Part shown: positions 29,356 through 39,421 of the stretch, in pieces
Numbering within the stretch: position 1 is the first letter of the stretch
Layout of the letters: the number at the start of each line of letters is the position of its first letter
Assembly: GCA_947085325.1 (NCBI GenBank)
Contig: CAMTVY010000001.1
Location: 15,837 to 79,836 of the forward strand
Length of the DNA: 64,000 nt
Reading direction: 5' to 3'
Source of the DNA: an uncultured Gammaproteobacteria bacterium
GTDB lineage: Bacteria > Pseudomonadota > Gammaproteobacteria > SURF-13
Translations under genes and position numbers: made by a program
The notes under the pieces: model-generated
Database searches by the model: none
The model's input: only the letters and a program-made list of their open reading frames with translations
Told to the model about the DNA's origin: nothing

Positions 29356-30252
29356 ATGGCCACAGACCATCCCACGATTGAGGCGTTTATCGGCAACACG
29401 CCCTTGGTGTGCTTGCAGCGCCTGCCGGGCGCCACATCCAATACCCTGCTGGTCAAGCTGGAAGGCAATAACCCGGCGGGCTCGGTGAAGGATCGTCCGG
29501 CGATGAGCATGATCAAACAGGCCGAGGCGCGCGGCGAGATCAAGCCGGGCGACACCCTGATCGAGGCCACCAGCGGCAATACCGGCATTGCGCTTGCGAT
29601 GGCGGCGGCGATACGCGGCTATCGCCTCACGCTTATCATGCCGGAACACATGAGCGCGGAGCGGCGCAGCACCATGAAGGCCTTCGGCGCCGAGATCATT
29701 CTGGTGTCGCGCGCCGCGAGCATGGAAGGCGCGCGCGACCTCGCCCTGCAGATGCAGGCCGATGGCAAGGGCCGCGTGCTCGACCAGTTCGCCAACCCCG
29801 ATAATCCGCGCGCGCACTACGAAACTACCGGGCCGGAAATCTGGCGCGACACGCAGGGCAAGATCACGCATTTTGTCAGCGCCATGGGCACCACCGGCAC
29901 CATCATGGGCACCTCACGCTTTCTGAAAGAAAAAAATCCCGCAGTGCAGATTATCGGTGTGCAGCCGAGCGACGGCTCGCAAATCCCCGGTATCCGCCGC
30001 TGGCCCAAGGAATATCTGCCGAAGATTTATGACCCCGCGCGTGTGGATCAGGTCGTGGAGGTGAGCCAGAGCGAGGCCGAGGCGATGACGCGCGAGCTTG
30101 CCGCGCGCGAAGGCATATTCGCCGGCATCTCTTCCGGCGGCGCCGTGGCGGCGGCGTTGCATTTGTCGCGTGAAGTATCCAACGCCGTGATTGTCGCCAT
30201 CGTATGCGACCGTGGCGACCGCTATCTTTCCACCGGCGTGTTCCCCGAATGA
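29356..30252 (+). CDS. cysM: Cysteine synthase B (PLP-dependent)
   Basis: IGNTPLV, NPAGSVKDRPA (PLP lysine) and TSGNTGIALA motifs; 298 aa. Confidence 0.9.
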   Translation: MATDHPTIEAFIGNTPLVCLQRLPGATSNTLLVKLEGNNPAGSVKDRPAMSMIKQAEARGEIKPGDTLIEATSGNTGIALAMAAAIRGYRLTLIMPEHMSAERRSTMKAFGAEIILVSRAASMEGARDLALQMQADGKGRVLDQFANPDNPRAHYETTGPEIWRDTQGKITHFVSAMGTTGTIMGTSRFLKEKNPAVQIIGVQPSDGSQIPGIRRWPKEYLPKIYDPARVDQVVEVSQSEAEAMTRELAAREGIFAGISSGGAVAAALHLSREVSNAVIVAIVCDRGDRYLSTGVFPE

Positions 30253-31022
30253 ATATACTCGTATTTGACATCGAGACCGTGCCGGACGTGGAGAGCGGTC
30301 GGCGGCTGTACAAACTTGACGGCCTCAACGACAAGGAAGTCGCCGAGGTGATGTTTCATGCGCGTCGGCAGGAAACCGGAGGCTCTGAATTCCTGCGCCT
30401 GCACCTGCACCGCATCATTGCCATCTCCGCAGTGGTGCGCACGCGCGACAAAGTGAAAGTGTGGTCTCTGGGTGAAGTGGATGCGCCAGAAAAGGAACTG
30501 GTCACACGCTTTTTCGACGGCATCGAAAAATACACGCCGACACTGGTGTCGTGGAACGGCGGCGGCTTTGACCTGCCGGTGCTGCACTATCGCGCACTGC
30601 TGCACGGCGTGGCCGCGCCGAAGTATTGGGATACGGGCGAGGCGGACAGCTCCTTCAAATGGAATAACTACCTCAGCCGCTATCACGCGCGCCATACCGA
30701 TCTCATGGACGTTATTTCCCTGTATCAGCCGCGCGCCACGGCGCCACTGGATGAGATCGCCACGCTGCTCGGCTTCCCCGGCAAGATGGGTATGCACGGC
30801 AGCCAGGTGTGGGACAATTACATGCGCGGCGAGATTGTGAACATCCGCAACTACTGCGAAACGGACGTGCTCAATACCTATCTCGTATATATGCGCTTTG
30901 AATTGATTCGCGGCCACATGACCCAAGAAGAATACGATCTAGAATGCCAGCGGCTGCGTGATGAGCTGGTGCACGAAAATAAACCACATCTACACGAATT
31001 TCTTGCCGCCTGGCGTACATAG
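30249..31022 (+). CDS. Predicted 3'-5' exonuclease related to the PolB exonuclease domain (DEDD family)
   Basis: ExoI VFDIETVP, ExoII WNGGGFDLPVL and ExoIII YCETDV; 257 aa. ATGA overlap with the cysM stop. The last sense codon and the stop codon lie inside MITE B2. Confidence 0.8.
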   Translation: MNILVFDIETVPDVESGRRLYKLDGLNDKEVAEVMFHARRQETGGSEFLRLHLHRIIAISAVVRTRDKVKVWSLGEVDAPEKELVTRFFDGIEKYTPTLVSWNGGGFDLPVLHYRALLHGVAAPKYWDTGEADSSFKWNNYLSRYHARHTDLMDVISLYQPRATAPLDEIATLLGFPGKMGMHGSQVWDNYMRGEIVNIRNYCETDVLNTYLVYMRFELIRGHMTQEEYDLECQRLRDELVHENKPHLHEFLAAWRT

Positions 31023-31159
31023 CGTCATAAATCTACTGCGCGTCTTTGATGCGGGTGCGTGCGGTGCTCGGAATCCTCATGTACTACTTGTACACTCCGG
31101 TTCCTGCGCTCCGCCACCCCCGCCTGAAAGCCGCTCGCTACGATTTCTGGCACTATGTA
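31016..31159 (+). mobile_element. MITE family B, copy 2 (144 bp, TA target-site duplication)
   Basis: TA|CATAGCGTCA at 31016-31027 and TGGCACTATG|TA at 31148-31159. It shares the ATAAATCTACTGCGCGTCTTTGATGC[A/G]GGTGCGTGCGGTGCTCGGAATCC block and the GTACACTCCGGTTCCTGCGCTCCGCC and AAGCCGCTCGCTACGATTTCTGGC blocks with copy 1. Confidence 0.8.
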
Positions 31160-31163
31160 TAAT
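31135..31163 (+). promoter_or_regulatory. Candidate outward-facing sigma70-like promoter at the right end of MITE B2 (TCGCTA-N17-TATAAT)
   Basis: -35-like TCGCTA at 31135-31140, a 17-nt spacer, and a perfect -10 TATAAT at 31158-31163 formed across the MITE/flank junction, 57 nt upstream of the rlmD ATG. Confidence 0.35.
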
Positions 31164-31171
31164 CCACCCAA

Positions 31172-31219
31172 CTTACACCTCCTTGCTACTTCTAACTTGC
31201 CACTTGCTACTGCTTCTAA
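31172..31219 (+). repeat. Heptad-periodic pyrimidine-rich leader, family D copy 4 (right arm only), ending at the rlmD ATG
   Basis: CTTGCTA-CTTCTAA-CTTGCCA-CTTGCTA-CTGCTTC-TAA-ATG. The units CTTGCTACT and CTTGCCACT differ by 1 nt from CTCGCTACT and CTCGCCACT in the ftsA/ftsZ element. Confidence 0.7.
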
Positions 31220-32569
31220 ATGCCCCGCCGTTCACGTAATTTAAAATCACAGCCGCAAGAGCCTGTGCCAGCGTACGTCGAGTCGCTCAACCACGACGGG
31301 CGCGGTGTGGCGCATATCGGCGGCAAGGCCGTGTTCATCGAAGGCGCATTGCCGGGCGAAGAGGTGTTGTTCACCTATGTCGCACAACACAAGCGCTACG
31401 ATGAAGGAAAGGCTGCGCAAATTCTCAAGCCGTCACCGCAACGTGTAACGCCGCGCTGCGTGCATTTCAATATTTGCGGCGGATGCAGCCTGCAACATAT
31501 GGAGGCCGCCGCACAGATCGAGGCCAAGCAACAGGTCATGCTGGACAATCTCCGGCAGATCGGCAGGGTCGAGCCAGAGCAGGTATTGCCGCCACTGAGA
31601 GGCCCGCACTGGGGCTACCGGCGCCGCGCGCGGCTGGGCGTCAAGTTCGTCATCAAGAAAGACAAGCTGCTGGTCGGCTTTCGTGAAAAGCGCAGCGCAC
31701 TGCTGGCCGACATTGAGCGCTGCGAGGTATTGCATCCTTCAGTCGGAGAGTTGCTGCCAGAGCTGCGCGCGCTTATTGCCGGTCTCGAAAGCTATAATTG
31801 CATTCCGCAGATTGAAGTGGCCGTGGGTGACGAGGCGACGGCCTTGGTATTTCGCAACCTGGCCGTGTTGAGCGGCTCCGATCTGGAAAAGATGCAGCAG
31901 TTCGGAGAGGCGCACGGCTTACAGATATATCTGCAACCGGCGGGGCCGGAGAGCGTGACGCTGCTCTGGCCGACGGCCGCGAGCCTGAGTTATCGATTAC
32001 CCGATGACGGACTCGAACTGTTTTTTTCGCCGACCGATTTTATGCAGGTCAATGGCGAGATCAACCGCGCCATGATAGCGAGCGTCATCGGGCTGCTCGA
32101 CCTCAAGCCGCAGGAGCGTGTGCTCGACCTGTTCTGCGGGCTCGGCAATTTCACCTTGCCGTTGGCGCGTCATGCCGGCCATGTCACCGGAGTGGAGGGT
32201 GACGCGAAACTGGTGCAGCGCGCAAAAGACAATGCGCACCACAACGGTATCTACAACGCGGAATTCTACGCGGCCGATCTCAGTCAGGATTTGGCCCAAC
32301 AGGTCTGGGCTGGGAAACAGTTCGACAAAATTCTGCTCGACCCGCCGCGCACCGGAGCGCTGGAGATCGTCAGGCAACTGCCGCTGTTCGGGGCCGCAAG
32401 AATTGTGTACGTCTCGTGCAATCCCGCCACCCTGGCGCGCGATGCGCAGGAGCTTGTGCAGCGCGGATACAGGTTGCTGAGTGCGGGAGTGATGGACATG
32501 TTTCCCCATACCACGCATGTTGAATCCATCGCGTTGTTTGAAAAATACGAAGAAATTCAAACAACCTAG
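31220..32569 (+). CDS. rlmD: 23S rRNA (uracil1939-C5)-methyltransferase RlmD (RumA)
   Basis: N-terminal TRAM domain (GRGVAHIGGKAVFIEGALPGE), an Fe-S Cys cluster (C-x-CGGC) and SAM motifs DLFCGLGNF, DPPRTG and YVSCNP; 449 aa. Confidence 0.9.
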   Translation: MPRRSRNLKSQPQEPVPAYVESLNHDGRGVAHIGGKAVFIEGALPGEEVLFTYVAQHKRYDEGKAAQILKPSPQRVTPRCVHFNICGGCSLQHMEAAAQIEAKQQVMLDNLRQIGRVEPEQVLPPLRGPHWGYRRRARLGVKFVIKKDKLLVGFREKRSALLADIERCEVLHPSVGELLPELRALIAGLESYNCIPQIEVAVGDEATALVFRNLAVLSGSDLEKMQQFGEAHGLQIYLQPAGPESVTLLWPTAASLSYRLPDDGLELFFSPTDFMQVNGEINRAMIASVIGLLDLKPQERVLDLFCGLGNFTLPLARHAGHVTGVEGDAKLVQRAKDNAHHNGIYNAEFYAADLSQDLAQQVWAGKQFDKILLDPPRTGALEIVRQLPLFGAARIVYVSCNPATLARDAQELVQRGYRLLSAGVMDMFPHTTHVESIALFEKYEEIQTT

Positions 32570-32668
32570 CCCAAGGCTTCGTGGATGTCGCTTGCTAGAA
32601 AACAAAGTATAGCGTTTAATCCATTCTCTATAAGTCTGTTCGGTGTGTAGACTATAGTAGTGCGTAAA
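32570..32668 (-). pseudogene. Remnant of an integron-type (IntI/XerC-like) tyrosine recombinase N-terminal SAM-like domain
   Basis: The minus strand reads FTHYYSLHTEQTYREWIKRYTLFSSKRHPRSLG. Compare IntI1 [31 protein letters not shown]: the HYSL-TEQ-Y-W-F-RHP-LG positions are shared. The frame then runs into the antisense of rlmD, so the rest of the gene is missing. The region is locally AT-rich. Confidence 0.6.
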
Positions 32669-32707
32669 GGGCTCTGGCCCCTTAAATTTTAAATTTGAGA
32701 AATTTCT

Positions 32708-33322
32708 TTGGGGGCGAGCTTGGACGACCTGAAGCCAGTTGCAGACCATCTCCGGGCACTGGCCCAATCTGTGGGAGACCCTCCGGAAATTGCAGGCTAC
32801 GAAGCGGATTCGGCAGATGTGACGATTACGCGAATGCACCGCGTCTCAGTGTCAGACGATGACCTGCGGGCTTTTGCCGAAACATTGCGCGGTATTCCAA
32901 CGCTCAGTGGACTAGACGGAGGCATTGCGCACTACTCGCCATCCGCCAGTGGGTCAATCTCGCTGGACTTGATTGGGCATTGGCTATTGGCCCAAGCACG
33001 TGCTTCGCCATCAGAGGATTGCGTAGCCTGCCTGATGGCAGCCATCGCCAAGAATCAGAGTCCTGTATTGGAAATCATTCCCGTCTGGGGTATCTCTCCG
33101 CGAGTGAGTATCGATCTTGGGGAGGGTATAAAGATCGTGCCGATCCATGACCTCCCGCCGTCCAAACTAAAGGATCTTTTTATCGGCAAGAGGAGGCATA
33201 AGTATTCTTTCGACATTGCGAACTCCTCTCCTCGGCCTGGCGCGGCGATCGTAAAAGAAACTGTCCATGGCCCCTTGTATGAGTCAAAAAACAGGAAAAA
33301 GGGGTCGCGTCTTGTATCTTGA
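32708..33322 (+). CDS. Hypothetical protein (orphan ORF in a low-GC islet)
   Basis: 204-codon ORF from TTG 32708 (first ATG at 32834). I recognise no motif. Its GC content is lower than the surroundings. Coding status is uncertain. Confidence 0.35.
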   Translation: MGASLDDLKPVADHLRALAQSVGDPPEIAGYEADSADVTITRMHRVSVSDDDLRAFAETLRGIPTLSGLDGGIAHYSPSASGSISLDLIGHWLLAQARASPSEDCVACLMAAIAKNQSPVLEIIPVWGISPRVSIDLGEGIKIVPIHDLPPSKLKDLFIGKRRHKYSFDIANSSPRPGAAIVKETVHGPLYESKNRKKGSRLVS

Positions 33323-33450
33323 TATTTAAGCAAACCCGTTTTATCGGGATAAGATCAGAGCCCTTTTAGCAGGGATGCATGGCGGCGCGGTCATGATTTT
33401 GCGTTTGTTGCATCATGCCGGACAGTGGCCTTAATTCCCAGACAGGTGTC

Positions 33451-36400
33451 TCAATTAATCCACTTCCGTGCGTTGCGAAACATGCGCAGCCAAGGGCCGT
33501 CGTTGCCCCAGTCGTCCGGGTGCCAGGAGTTGGACACGGTGCGGATCACGCGCTCCGGGTGCGGCATCATGACGGTGAAGCGGCCGTCGGGTGTGGTGAG
33601 GCCGGCGATGCCGAGCGGCGAGCCGTTGGGGTTGGCGGGATAGGCTTCGGTGGGGTGGCCGCTGTTGTCCACCCAGCGTAGCGCCACAATGCCTTGGGCC
33701 AATACCTGCTCGGGGTTTGTGCCGGAACGGAACGAGGCGCGGCCTTCGCCGTGTGCTACCGCAATGGGCAGGCGCGAGCCGGCCATGTCGTGCAGGAACA
33801 GCGACGGCGAGGCGGGAATCTCGACGAGGCAGAAGCGCCCCTCAAATTGTTCTGAGGTGTTGCGCATAAACTGTGGCCAGCGTTCGGCGCCCGGAATGAG
33901 TTCGTGCAGGTTCGACATCATCTGGCAGCCGTTGCAGATGCCGAGGCCGAAGGTGTCGGCGCGCTTGAAGAACGCGCTGAATGCGTCACGCGCGCGCGCA
34001 TTGAACAGAATGGATTTGGCCCAGCCCTGCCCCGCGCCCAGCACGTCGCCGTAGGAAAAACCGCCGGGCGCGGCGAGGCCCTGAAATTCAGTCAGCGAGA
34101 CGCGGCCTGCGAGTATGTCGCTCATGTGCACGTCGATAGCGGAAAATCCGGCACGGTCGAAGGCCGCGGCGAGTTCGATGTGGCCGTTTACGCCCTGCTC
34201 GCGCAAGATGGCGATGCGCGGATGCAGGCCTTTTTTTATGTAAGGCGCGGCGATGTCGTCGCTCGGATCGAAGCTGAGTTGCGCGTTCAGGCCGGGGTCG
34301 CGCGCGTCGAGCAGGGCGTCATATTCCTGCTGCGCGCAAATGGGGTTGTCGCGCAGTGCCTGCATCCGGTACGAGGTCTCCGACCAGGCGCGTTGAAGAT
34401 GGATGCGCGTGTCGCTGAGCAGCGTTTGTCCCCGCTGTGTCACCACGATTTCATCGGTGCTGTTAAGCGTGCCGATGGCGTGCGTGTGTTGTTCCAGGCC
34501 GACGGCTTGCAGTATTTTCAATACGGCTGCTCTGTCCGTGCGGCGTATCTGCACGACAGCGCCCAGCTCCTCGCTGAACAGCGCGGCGTGAATATCATTG
34601 CCGAGTTCATCAAAATTTAAGGTGATGCCGGTATGCGCGGCAAAGGCCATCTCGCAGACGGTGGTAAACAGGCCGCCATCCGAGCGGTCGTGATAGGCGA
34701 GAATGAAATTATTTTCGTTGAGCGCTTGCAGTGCGGCGAACAGCGCCTTGAGCAGCGCCGGGTCGTCCACGTCCGGCGCCTGTGTGCCGGTTTCGTTATA
34801 GACCTGTGCCAGCACGGAACCGCCGAGGCGATTTTTATTCTGTCCCAGATCGATGAGCAGCAGCTCGGTGTCGCCCTGATCGGCGCGTAATTGCGGCGTC
34901 AGTGTGCGGCGGCAGTCGCGTACGCGCGCAAAGGCGCTGACGATGAGCGACAGCGGCGCAGTCACCGATTTCTCCACACCGTTTTCGCGCCACACGGTTT
35001 TCATGGAGAGCGAATCCTTGCCCACCGGGATGGCGATGCCGAGCGCCGGGCATAATTCCATGCCGACGGCCCGCACGGCGTCATACAGCGCCGCGTCTTC
35101 GCCGGGATGACCGGCGGCGGCCATCCAGTTGGCGGAGAGCGTGATGTCGGAAAGCCGGGTGATGCGCGCTGCGGCGATATTGGTGATGGCTTCGCCCACC
35201 ACCATGCGCGCGGAGGCCGCCGGGTTGATGAGCGCGAGCGGCGCGCGCTCGCCGAGGGCCATGGCCTCGCCGGTGTAGACGTCGAAGCTCGTTGCGGTGA
35301 CCGCAACGTCCGCCACTGGAGTCTGCCACGGGCCGACCATCTGATCGCGCGTCACCAGTCCGCCCACGCTGCGGTCGCCGATGGTGATGAGGAAACCCTT
35401 GTTCGCCACGGCGGGGAAACGCAGCACGCGCAGTGCGGCTTCGTGCAGATCGATTTTGCTGCAATCAAATTCGGAAAGCAGCGGCGGCGTGTGACGGACA
35501 TCACGCAGCATTTTCGGCGGTTTGCCGAGCAGCATGTGGAGCGCGAGGTCGATGGGCGTGTTGTGAAACTGCGCATCCACCAGCGTGAGCTGTTCGTCCG
35601 CAGTGGCTACACCGACCACGGCATAGGGGCAGCGTTCGCGCGCGCAGAGCGCGGCAAATTCCTCGCATCGCTCCGGCGTTACCGCCAGCACATAACGCTC
35701 CTGCGCCTCGTTGCACCAGAGCTGCATGGGCGACATGCCGCTGTCGTCGCTCAGTATCTTGCGCAGTTCGATGCGTGCGCCGCGCGCACTGCCGTGCACC
35801 AGTTCCGGCAGCGCATTGGACAGGCCGCCCGCGCCGACGTCGTGTATCGAGAGGATGGGATTGGCCGTGCCCAGTTGCCAGCACTGGTCGATCACTTCCT
35901 GGCAGCGGCGCTGCATCTCGGGATTGCCGCGCTGCACCGAGGCGAAGTCGAGTGCCTGATCGCCGCTGCCGCTGGTGATCGACGATGCCGCGCCGCCGCC
36001 CAGCCCGATCAGCATCGCAGGCCCGCCGAGTACGATGAGTACTGCGCGCGGCGGGATTGCATTTTTTTCTATATGCGCCGAGCGGATATTGCCGACGCCG
36101 CCCGCGAGCATGATGGGTTTGTGGTAGCCGCGTCGGTCGATACCGTGTCCGGCTGGCACCTGTGCTTCAAAGCTGCGGAAGTAACCGCAGAGGTTCGGGC
36201 GGCCGAATTCGTTGTTGAACGCCGCCGCGCCGAGCGGCCCTTCGAGCATGATGTCGAGGCTCGATGCGGTGTGGCGCGGCTTGCCGAAGTCATGCTGTTC
36301 CCACGGTTGCATCGCGCCGGGAATGCGTAGATGTGAAACGGAAAAGCCGCACAATCCAGCCTTGGGTTTAGCGCCACGGCCGGTGGCGCCTTCGTCGCGG

Positions 36401-37347
36401 ATTTCGCCGCCGCTGCCGGTGGCCGCGCCCGGAAACGGCGAGATGGCGGTGGGATGATTGTGCGTCTCCACCTTCATCACGATATGCATGTCTTCGGGGT
36501 GATAGCGGTATTCGCGCTCCGCTGTAGGGAAGAAACGTCCGGCGCGCGCGCCTTGCATGACGGCGGCGTTGTCCTTGTAGGCGGAGAGGATGCCGTGCGG
36601 ATGTCGCTGGTGCGTGTTGCGGATCATGGCAAACAGCGACGCATCCTGGCGCACGCCGTCGATGATCCAGTCGGCATTGAATATCTTGTGGCGGCAGTGT
36701 TCCGAGTTCATCTGCGCGAACATCATGAGTTCGACATCGGTCGGGTTGCGCCCGAGCGCCGTGAAGTTTTGCAGCAGATAATCGATTTCGTCTTCTGTGA
36801 GCGCGAGCCCCAATGCCTGGTTGGCCTGCGCCAGTGCGTTCCTGCCCTGCTGCATCACATCAACCACCGCCAGCGGTGCCGGTTCCGCCTGCGCAAACAG
36901 CTGCCCGGCCTCGCCGGCATCGGCCAGCACCTGTTCGGTCATGCGGTCGTGTATCAGCGGCGCGATATGTGCGCGTTCGCTGCGAGTGAGCGGTGTGCCG
37001 TCTGTCTTGGTGACGTAGTAGGCGACGCCACGCTCGATGCGCCGTACCTGGCCAAGGCCGCAGATGCGGGCAATATCCGTGGCCTTGCTCGACCAGGGCG
37101 AGCGTGTACCTGTGCGCGGGACGGTCAGCAGCAGCTCGCCAGTTTGCGTCAGAGGCACGCCGGTGCCGTAATCAAGAATCTTGTGGAGTTGCGCGTACCC
37201 GGCAGCGGTGAGCTCGTGCGCGAGATCAACGAAGTGGATGAAGTCGGCGCTGACTGTGGCCAGATCGGGTGCGACGGCACGCAGGCTGGCGCGCAACTTG
37301 TCCAGTCTGAAACCGGACAGCGCCTGCGGTCCGCGCAGTTGGAGCAT
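33451..37347 (-). CDS. purL: Phosphoribosylformylglycinamidine synthase (single-chain PurL)
   Basis: 1298 aa with the FGAM synthase core and a C-terminal glutaminase domain (GICNGCQM catalytic Cys, MMPHPER). Confidence 0.95.
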   Translation of the reverse strand: MLQLRGPQALSGFRLDKLRASLRAVAPDLATVSADFIHFVDLAHELTAAGYAQLHKILDYGTGVPLTQTGELLLTVPRTGTRSPWSSKATDIARICGLGQVRRIERGVAYYVTKTDGTPLTRSERAHIAPLIHDRMTEQVLADAGEAGQLFAQAEPAPLAVVDVMQQGRNALAQANQALGLALTEDEIDYLLQNFTALGRNPTDVELMMFAQMNSEHCRHKIFNADWIIDGVRQDASLFAMIRNTHQRHPHGILSAYKDNAAVMQGARAGRFFPTAEREYRYHPEDMHIVMKVETHNHPTAISPFPGAATGSGGEIRDEGATGRGAKPKAGLCGFSVSHLRIPGAMQPWEQHDFGKPRHTASSLDIMLEGPLGAAAFNNEFGRPNLCGYFRSFEAQVPAGHGIDRRGYHKPIMLAGGVGNIRSAHIEKNAIPPRAVLIVLGGPAMLIGLGGGAASSITSGSGDQALDFASVQRGNPEMQRRCQEVIDQCWQLGTANPILSIHDVGAGGLSNALPELVHGSARGARIELRKILSDDSGMSPMQLWCNEAQERYVLAVTPERCEEFAALCARERCPYAVVGVATADEQLTLVDAQFHNTPIDLALHMLLGKPPKMLRDVRHTPPLLSEFDCSKIDLHEAALRVLRFPAVANKGFLITIGDRSVGGLVTRDQMVGPWQTPVADVAVTATSFDVYTGEAMALGERAPLALINPAASARMVVGEAITNIAAARITRLSDITLSANWMAAAGHPGEDAALYDAVRAVGMELCPALGIAIPVGKDSLSMKTVWRENGVEKSVTAPLSLIVSAFARVRDCRRTLTPQLRADQGDTELLLIDLGQNKNRLGGSVLAQVYNETGTQAPDVDDPALLKALFAALQALNENNFILAYHDRSDGGLFTTVCEMAFAAHTGITLNFDELGNDIHAALFSEELGAVVQIRRTDRAAVLKILQAVGLEQHTHAIGTLNSTDEIVVTQRGQTLLSDTRIHLQRAWSETSYRMQALRDNPICAQQEYDALLDARDPGLNAQLSFDPSDDIAAPYIKKGLHPRIAILREQGVNGHIELAAAFDRAGFSAIDVHMSDILAGRVSLTEFQGLAAPGGFSYGDVLGAGQGWAKSILFNARARDAFSAFFKRADTFGLGICNGCQMMSNLHELIPGAERWPQFMRNTSEQFEGRFCLVEIPASPSLFLHDMAGSRLPIAVAHGEGRASFRSGTNPEQVLAQGIVALRWVDNSGHPTEAYPANPNGSPLGIAGLTTPDGRFTVMMPHPERVIRTVSNSWHPDDWGNDGPWLRMFRNARKWIN

Positions 37348-37370
37348 GGCCGATGTGGGTGTGTGCAGGG

Positions 37371-38516
37371 TTATTTCAGTTGTTCGTGCAGCAAGGTCAG
37401 GATGCGGTTCGAGGTTTCGGAGTTCTCAGGCGTACCGTCCTTGTTCAGCACCGTAATGCGAGTGTTGGCGCCTTCGCCCGCTACGCTGACCAGATATTGT
37501 GTATTTTCCGCCTGCTTGTCCTTGGTGCCGCCCCAGAATTTGAGCTTGCTCAAGAACCCGTCTTTGGTTTCTTCCTTGAGCGGGTCGGCATAGCGCACAT
37601 AGTACAACCCGCGCGAGCGGTCGCGGTCTTCCACGGTAAATCCAATGCGGTCTAAAGCAAGCCCGGTGCGGCGCCAGGCGCGTGAGAAGTCTTCATCGAG
37701 GCTGAGGAAGCTGCGGCCCTGCGCATCGCGCGTGAGCTGGGCGCGCGGCACGTCCTGGCCGCGGGCGAGCAGTGATTTCGCCTTCTGCGTATCGACGCCG
37801 AAAAATACCACCATGCGATTGAGCATTTCGATTTCCAGCTCCGGATCGGAGGGGCGATTCTGCCAGATGGTGGAGCTGCCCTGGCCTACTTCTTCCACGC
37901 CGCGGTGGGTGAGGTAAAGCTCGGTGGTGTTGGGTTCCTTGCCGCGCTCCAGGCGAACGCGATATTTGTCGCGGGTGGCGGCGGAATAGAGCGAGTCGAA
38001 CACCTTGCTGATGATGGAGCGGATCGGGTCTTTGGGGATGTCTGCGCGGTTTTCGAGCCAGTCGGTTTCCAGGATGCCGATGCGCGGGTCTTCTTCCTTG
38101 ATCAAAAACCCGTTCTGCAGGAAGAATTCACGCACCTTGGGCCAGACCTGTTCCGGCGGGCTTTCCATGACGAGCCAGCGTTTGTCGCCGTCACGCTCGG
38201 CACGGATGTTGTTTTGCTGGGGCAGTACATTTTCGCTACGGGCCAGCTGTGGCCCGGTGCGCTCTCCACTGTAGGAGGAAAAGGTCGCGCTGGCGCTGCC
38301 GGGGTCGATGTCGGGTACGGCCAGGGCATCGTCGATGGTGGACTTGGTCAGATCCGGCGGCACTTCAAGCGCAGGCAGGGTCTGGCTTTTTTTGTAATCG
38401 GTCTTGGGGTCTGGAGCGATTTCGTCGAGCTTGGCGCTGATGGAGCTGCAGGCCACGAGCAGGATCGGCAGGCAAACGGCAAGCAGGCGGTGTAAGCGGC
38501 GGTAGATGGACGGCAT
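37371..38516 (-). CDS. bamC: Outer membrane protein assembly factor BamC (NlpB)
   Basis: Lipobox LLVAC-SS after [18 protein letters not shown], immediately downstream of dapA as in enterics. Start ATG at 38516. Confidence 0.8.
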   Translation of the reverse strand: MPSIYRRLHRLLAVCLPILLVACSSISAKLDEIAPDPKTDYKKSQTLPALEVPPDLTKSTIDDALAVPDIDPGSASATFSSYSGERTGPQLARSENVLPQQNNIRAERDGDKRWLVMESPPEQVWPKVREFFLQNGFLIKEEDPRIGILETDWLENRADIPKDPIRSIISKVFDSLYSAATRDKYRVRLERGKEPNTTELYLTHRGVEEVGQGSSTIWQNRPSDPELEIEMLNRMVVFFGVDTQKAKSLLARGQDVPRAQLTRDAQGRSFLSLDEDFSRAWRRTGLALDRIGFTVEDRDRSRGLYYVRYADPLKEETKDGFLSKLKFWGGTKDKQAENTQYLVSVAGEGANTRITVLNKDGTPENSETSNRILTLLHEQLK

Positions 38517-38536
38517 GATGAGATAAACCTGTGCTT

Positions 38537-39421
38537 TTATAAAGGTATGTTGGCATGTAGCAGCGCCTGACGCACGCGGGCGTGGTAGGCTGCTGACAGG
38601 GGGGTGAGCGGGAGCCGTATGCCAGCCGGGATCAGGCCCATCTGGTTGAGCGCCCACTTGACCGGTATCGGGTTGGCTTCGATGAATAACTCCTGGTGTA
38701 ACGGCATAAGCTGCTCGTTGAGGGCCTCGGCACGCGCGCGATCACCCTGGAGGGCGGCGGCGCACATCTCGTGCATGAGCCGTGGCGCTACATTGGCAGT
38801 GACTGAAATGACGCCTTTGCCGCCCATCAGCATCAAGGCCATGGCAGTAGCGTCGTCACCTCCATATAAATCCATTTTATCACCACAGCGGTCAAGAATC
38901 TCCCTCGCGCGCGCCAAGTCGCCGGTGGCCTCCTTGACGCCGATGATATTGGGGATGGGGGCGAGACGGGCCACGGTTGCCGGCAACAGGTCGCAGGCCG
39001 TGCGGCTTGGGACATTGTAGAGGATTTGCGGGATGGGTACGGCCTCGGCCACCGCCTTGTAATGCAGGTACAGGCCCTCCTGGGTGGGTTTGTTGTAATA
39101 GGGCGTGACCAACAGGCAGGCGTCGGCGCCGCCCTGGAGGGCGCAGCGGGTGAGCTGAATCGCCTCGCTGGTGGCGTTGGCCCCCGTGCCTGCAATGACC
39201 GGTACACGCCCGTGTACCCGCTCCACGATGGTGCGTATCAGCGCACAATGCTCGTCTGTGTCCAGGGTCGCAGATTCACCCGTGGTGCCGACAGCGACAA
39301 TGGCGTCAGTGCCGTTTTCAATGTGAAATTCGACCAGTCTGTCCAGGCTTTCATGGTCGATGACGCCATCCGCCGCCATGGGCGTGACCAGCGCTACCAT
39401 ACTGCCATGAAACATCAACAT
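38537..39421 (-). CDS. dapA: 4-hydroxy-tetrahydrodipicolinate synthase
   Basis: [19 protein letters not shown] and YNVPSRT motifs; 294 aa. Confidence 0.95.
   Translation of the reverse strand: MLMFHGSMVALVTPMAADGVIDHESLDRLVEFHIENGTDAIVAVGTTGESATLDTDEHCALIRTIVERVHGRVPVIAGTGANATSEAIQLTRCALQGGADACLLVTPYYNKPTQEGLYLHYKAVAEAVPIPQILYNVPSRTACDLLPATVARLAPIPNIIGVKEATGDLARAREILDRCGDKMDLYGGDDATAMALMLMGGKGVISVTANVAPRLMHEMCAAALQGDRARAEALNEQLMPLHQELFIEANPIPVKWALNQMGLIPAGIRLPLTPLSAAYHARVRQALLHANIPL

Noticed and set aside
31997-32839. 280-codon minus-strand ORF spanning the rlmD 3' end and the islet.
   Set aside because: Most of it is antisense to well-supported rlmD sequence. Only the 33-codon segment at 32570-32668 resembles a real protein (integrase N-terminus), and that segment is reported as a pseudogene remnant.
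32570-33450. A functional integron (intI plus attI plus cassette with attC).
   Set aside because: The integrase is reduced to about 33 codons. By eye I found no GTTRRRY/RYYYAAC core-site pairs or attC-like imperfect palindrome flanking the orphan ORF. At most this is a decayed remnant.
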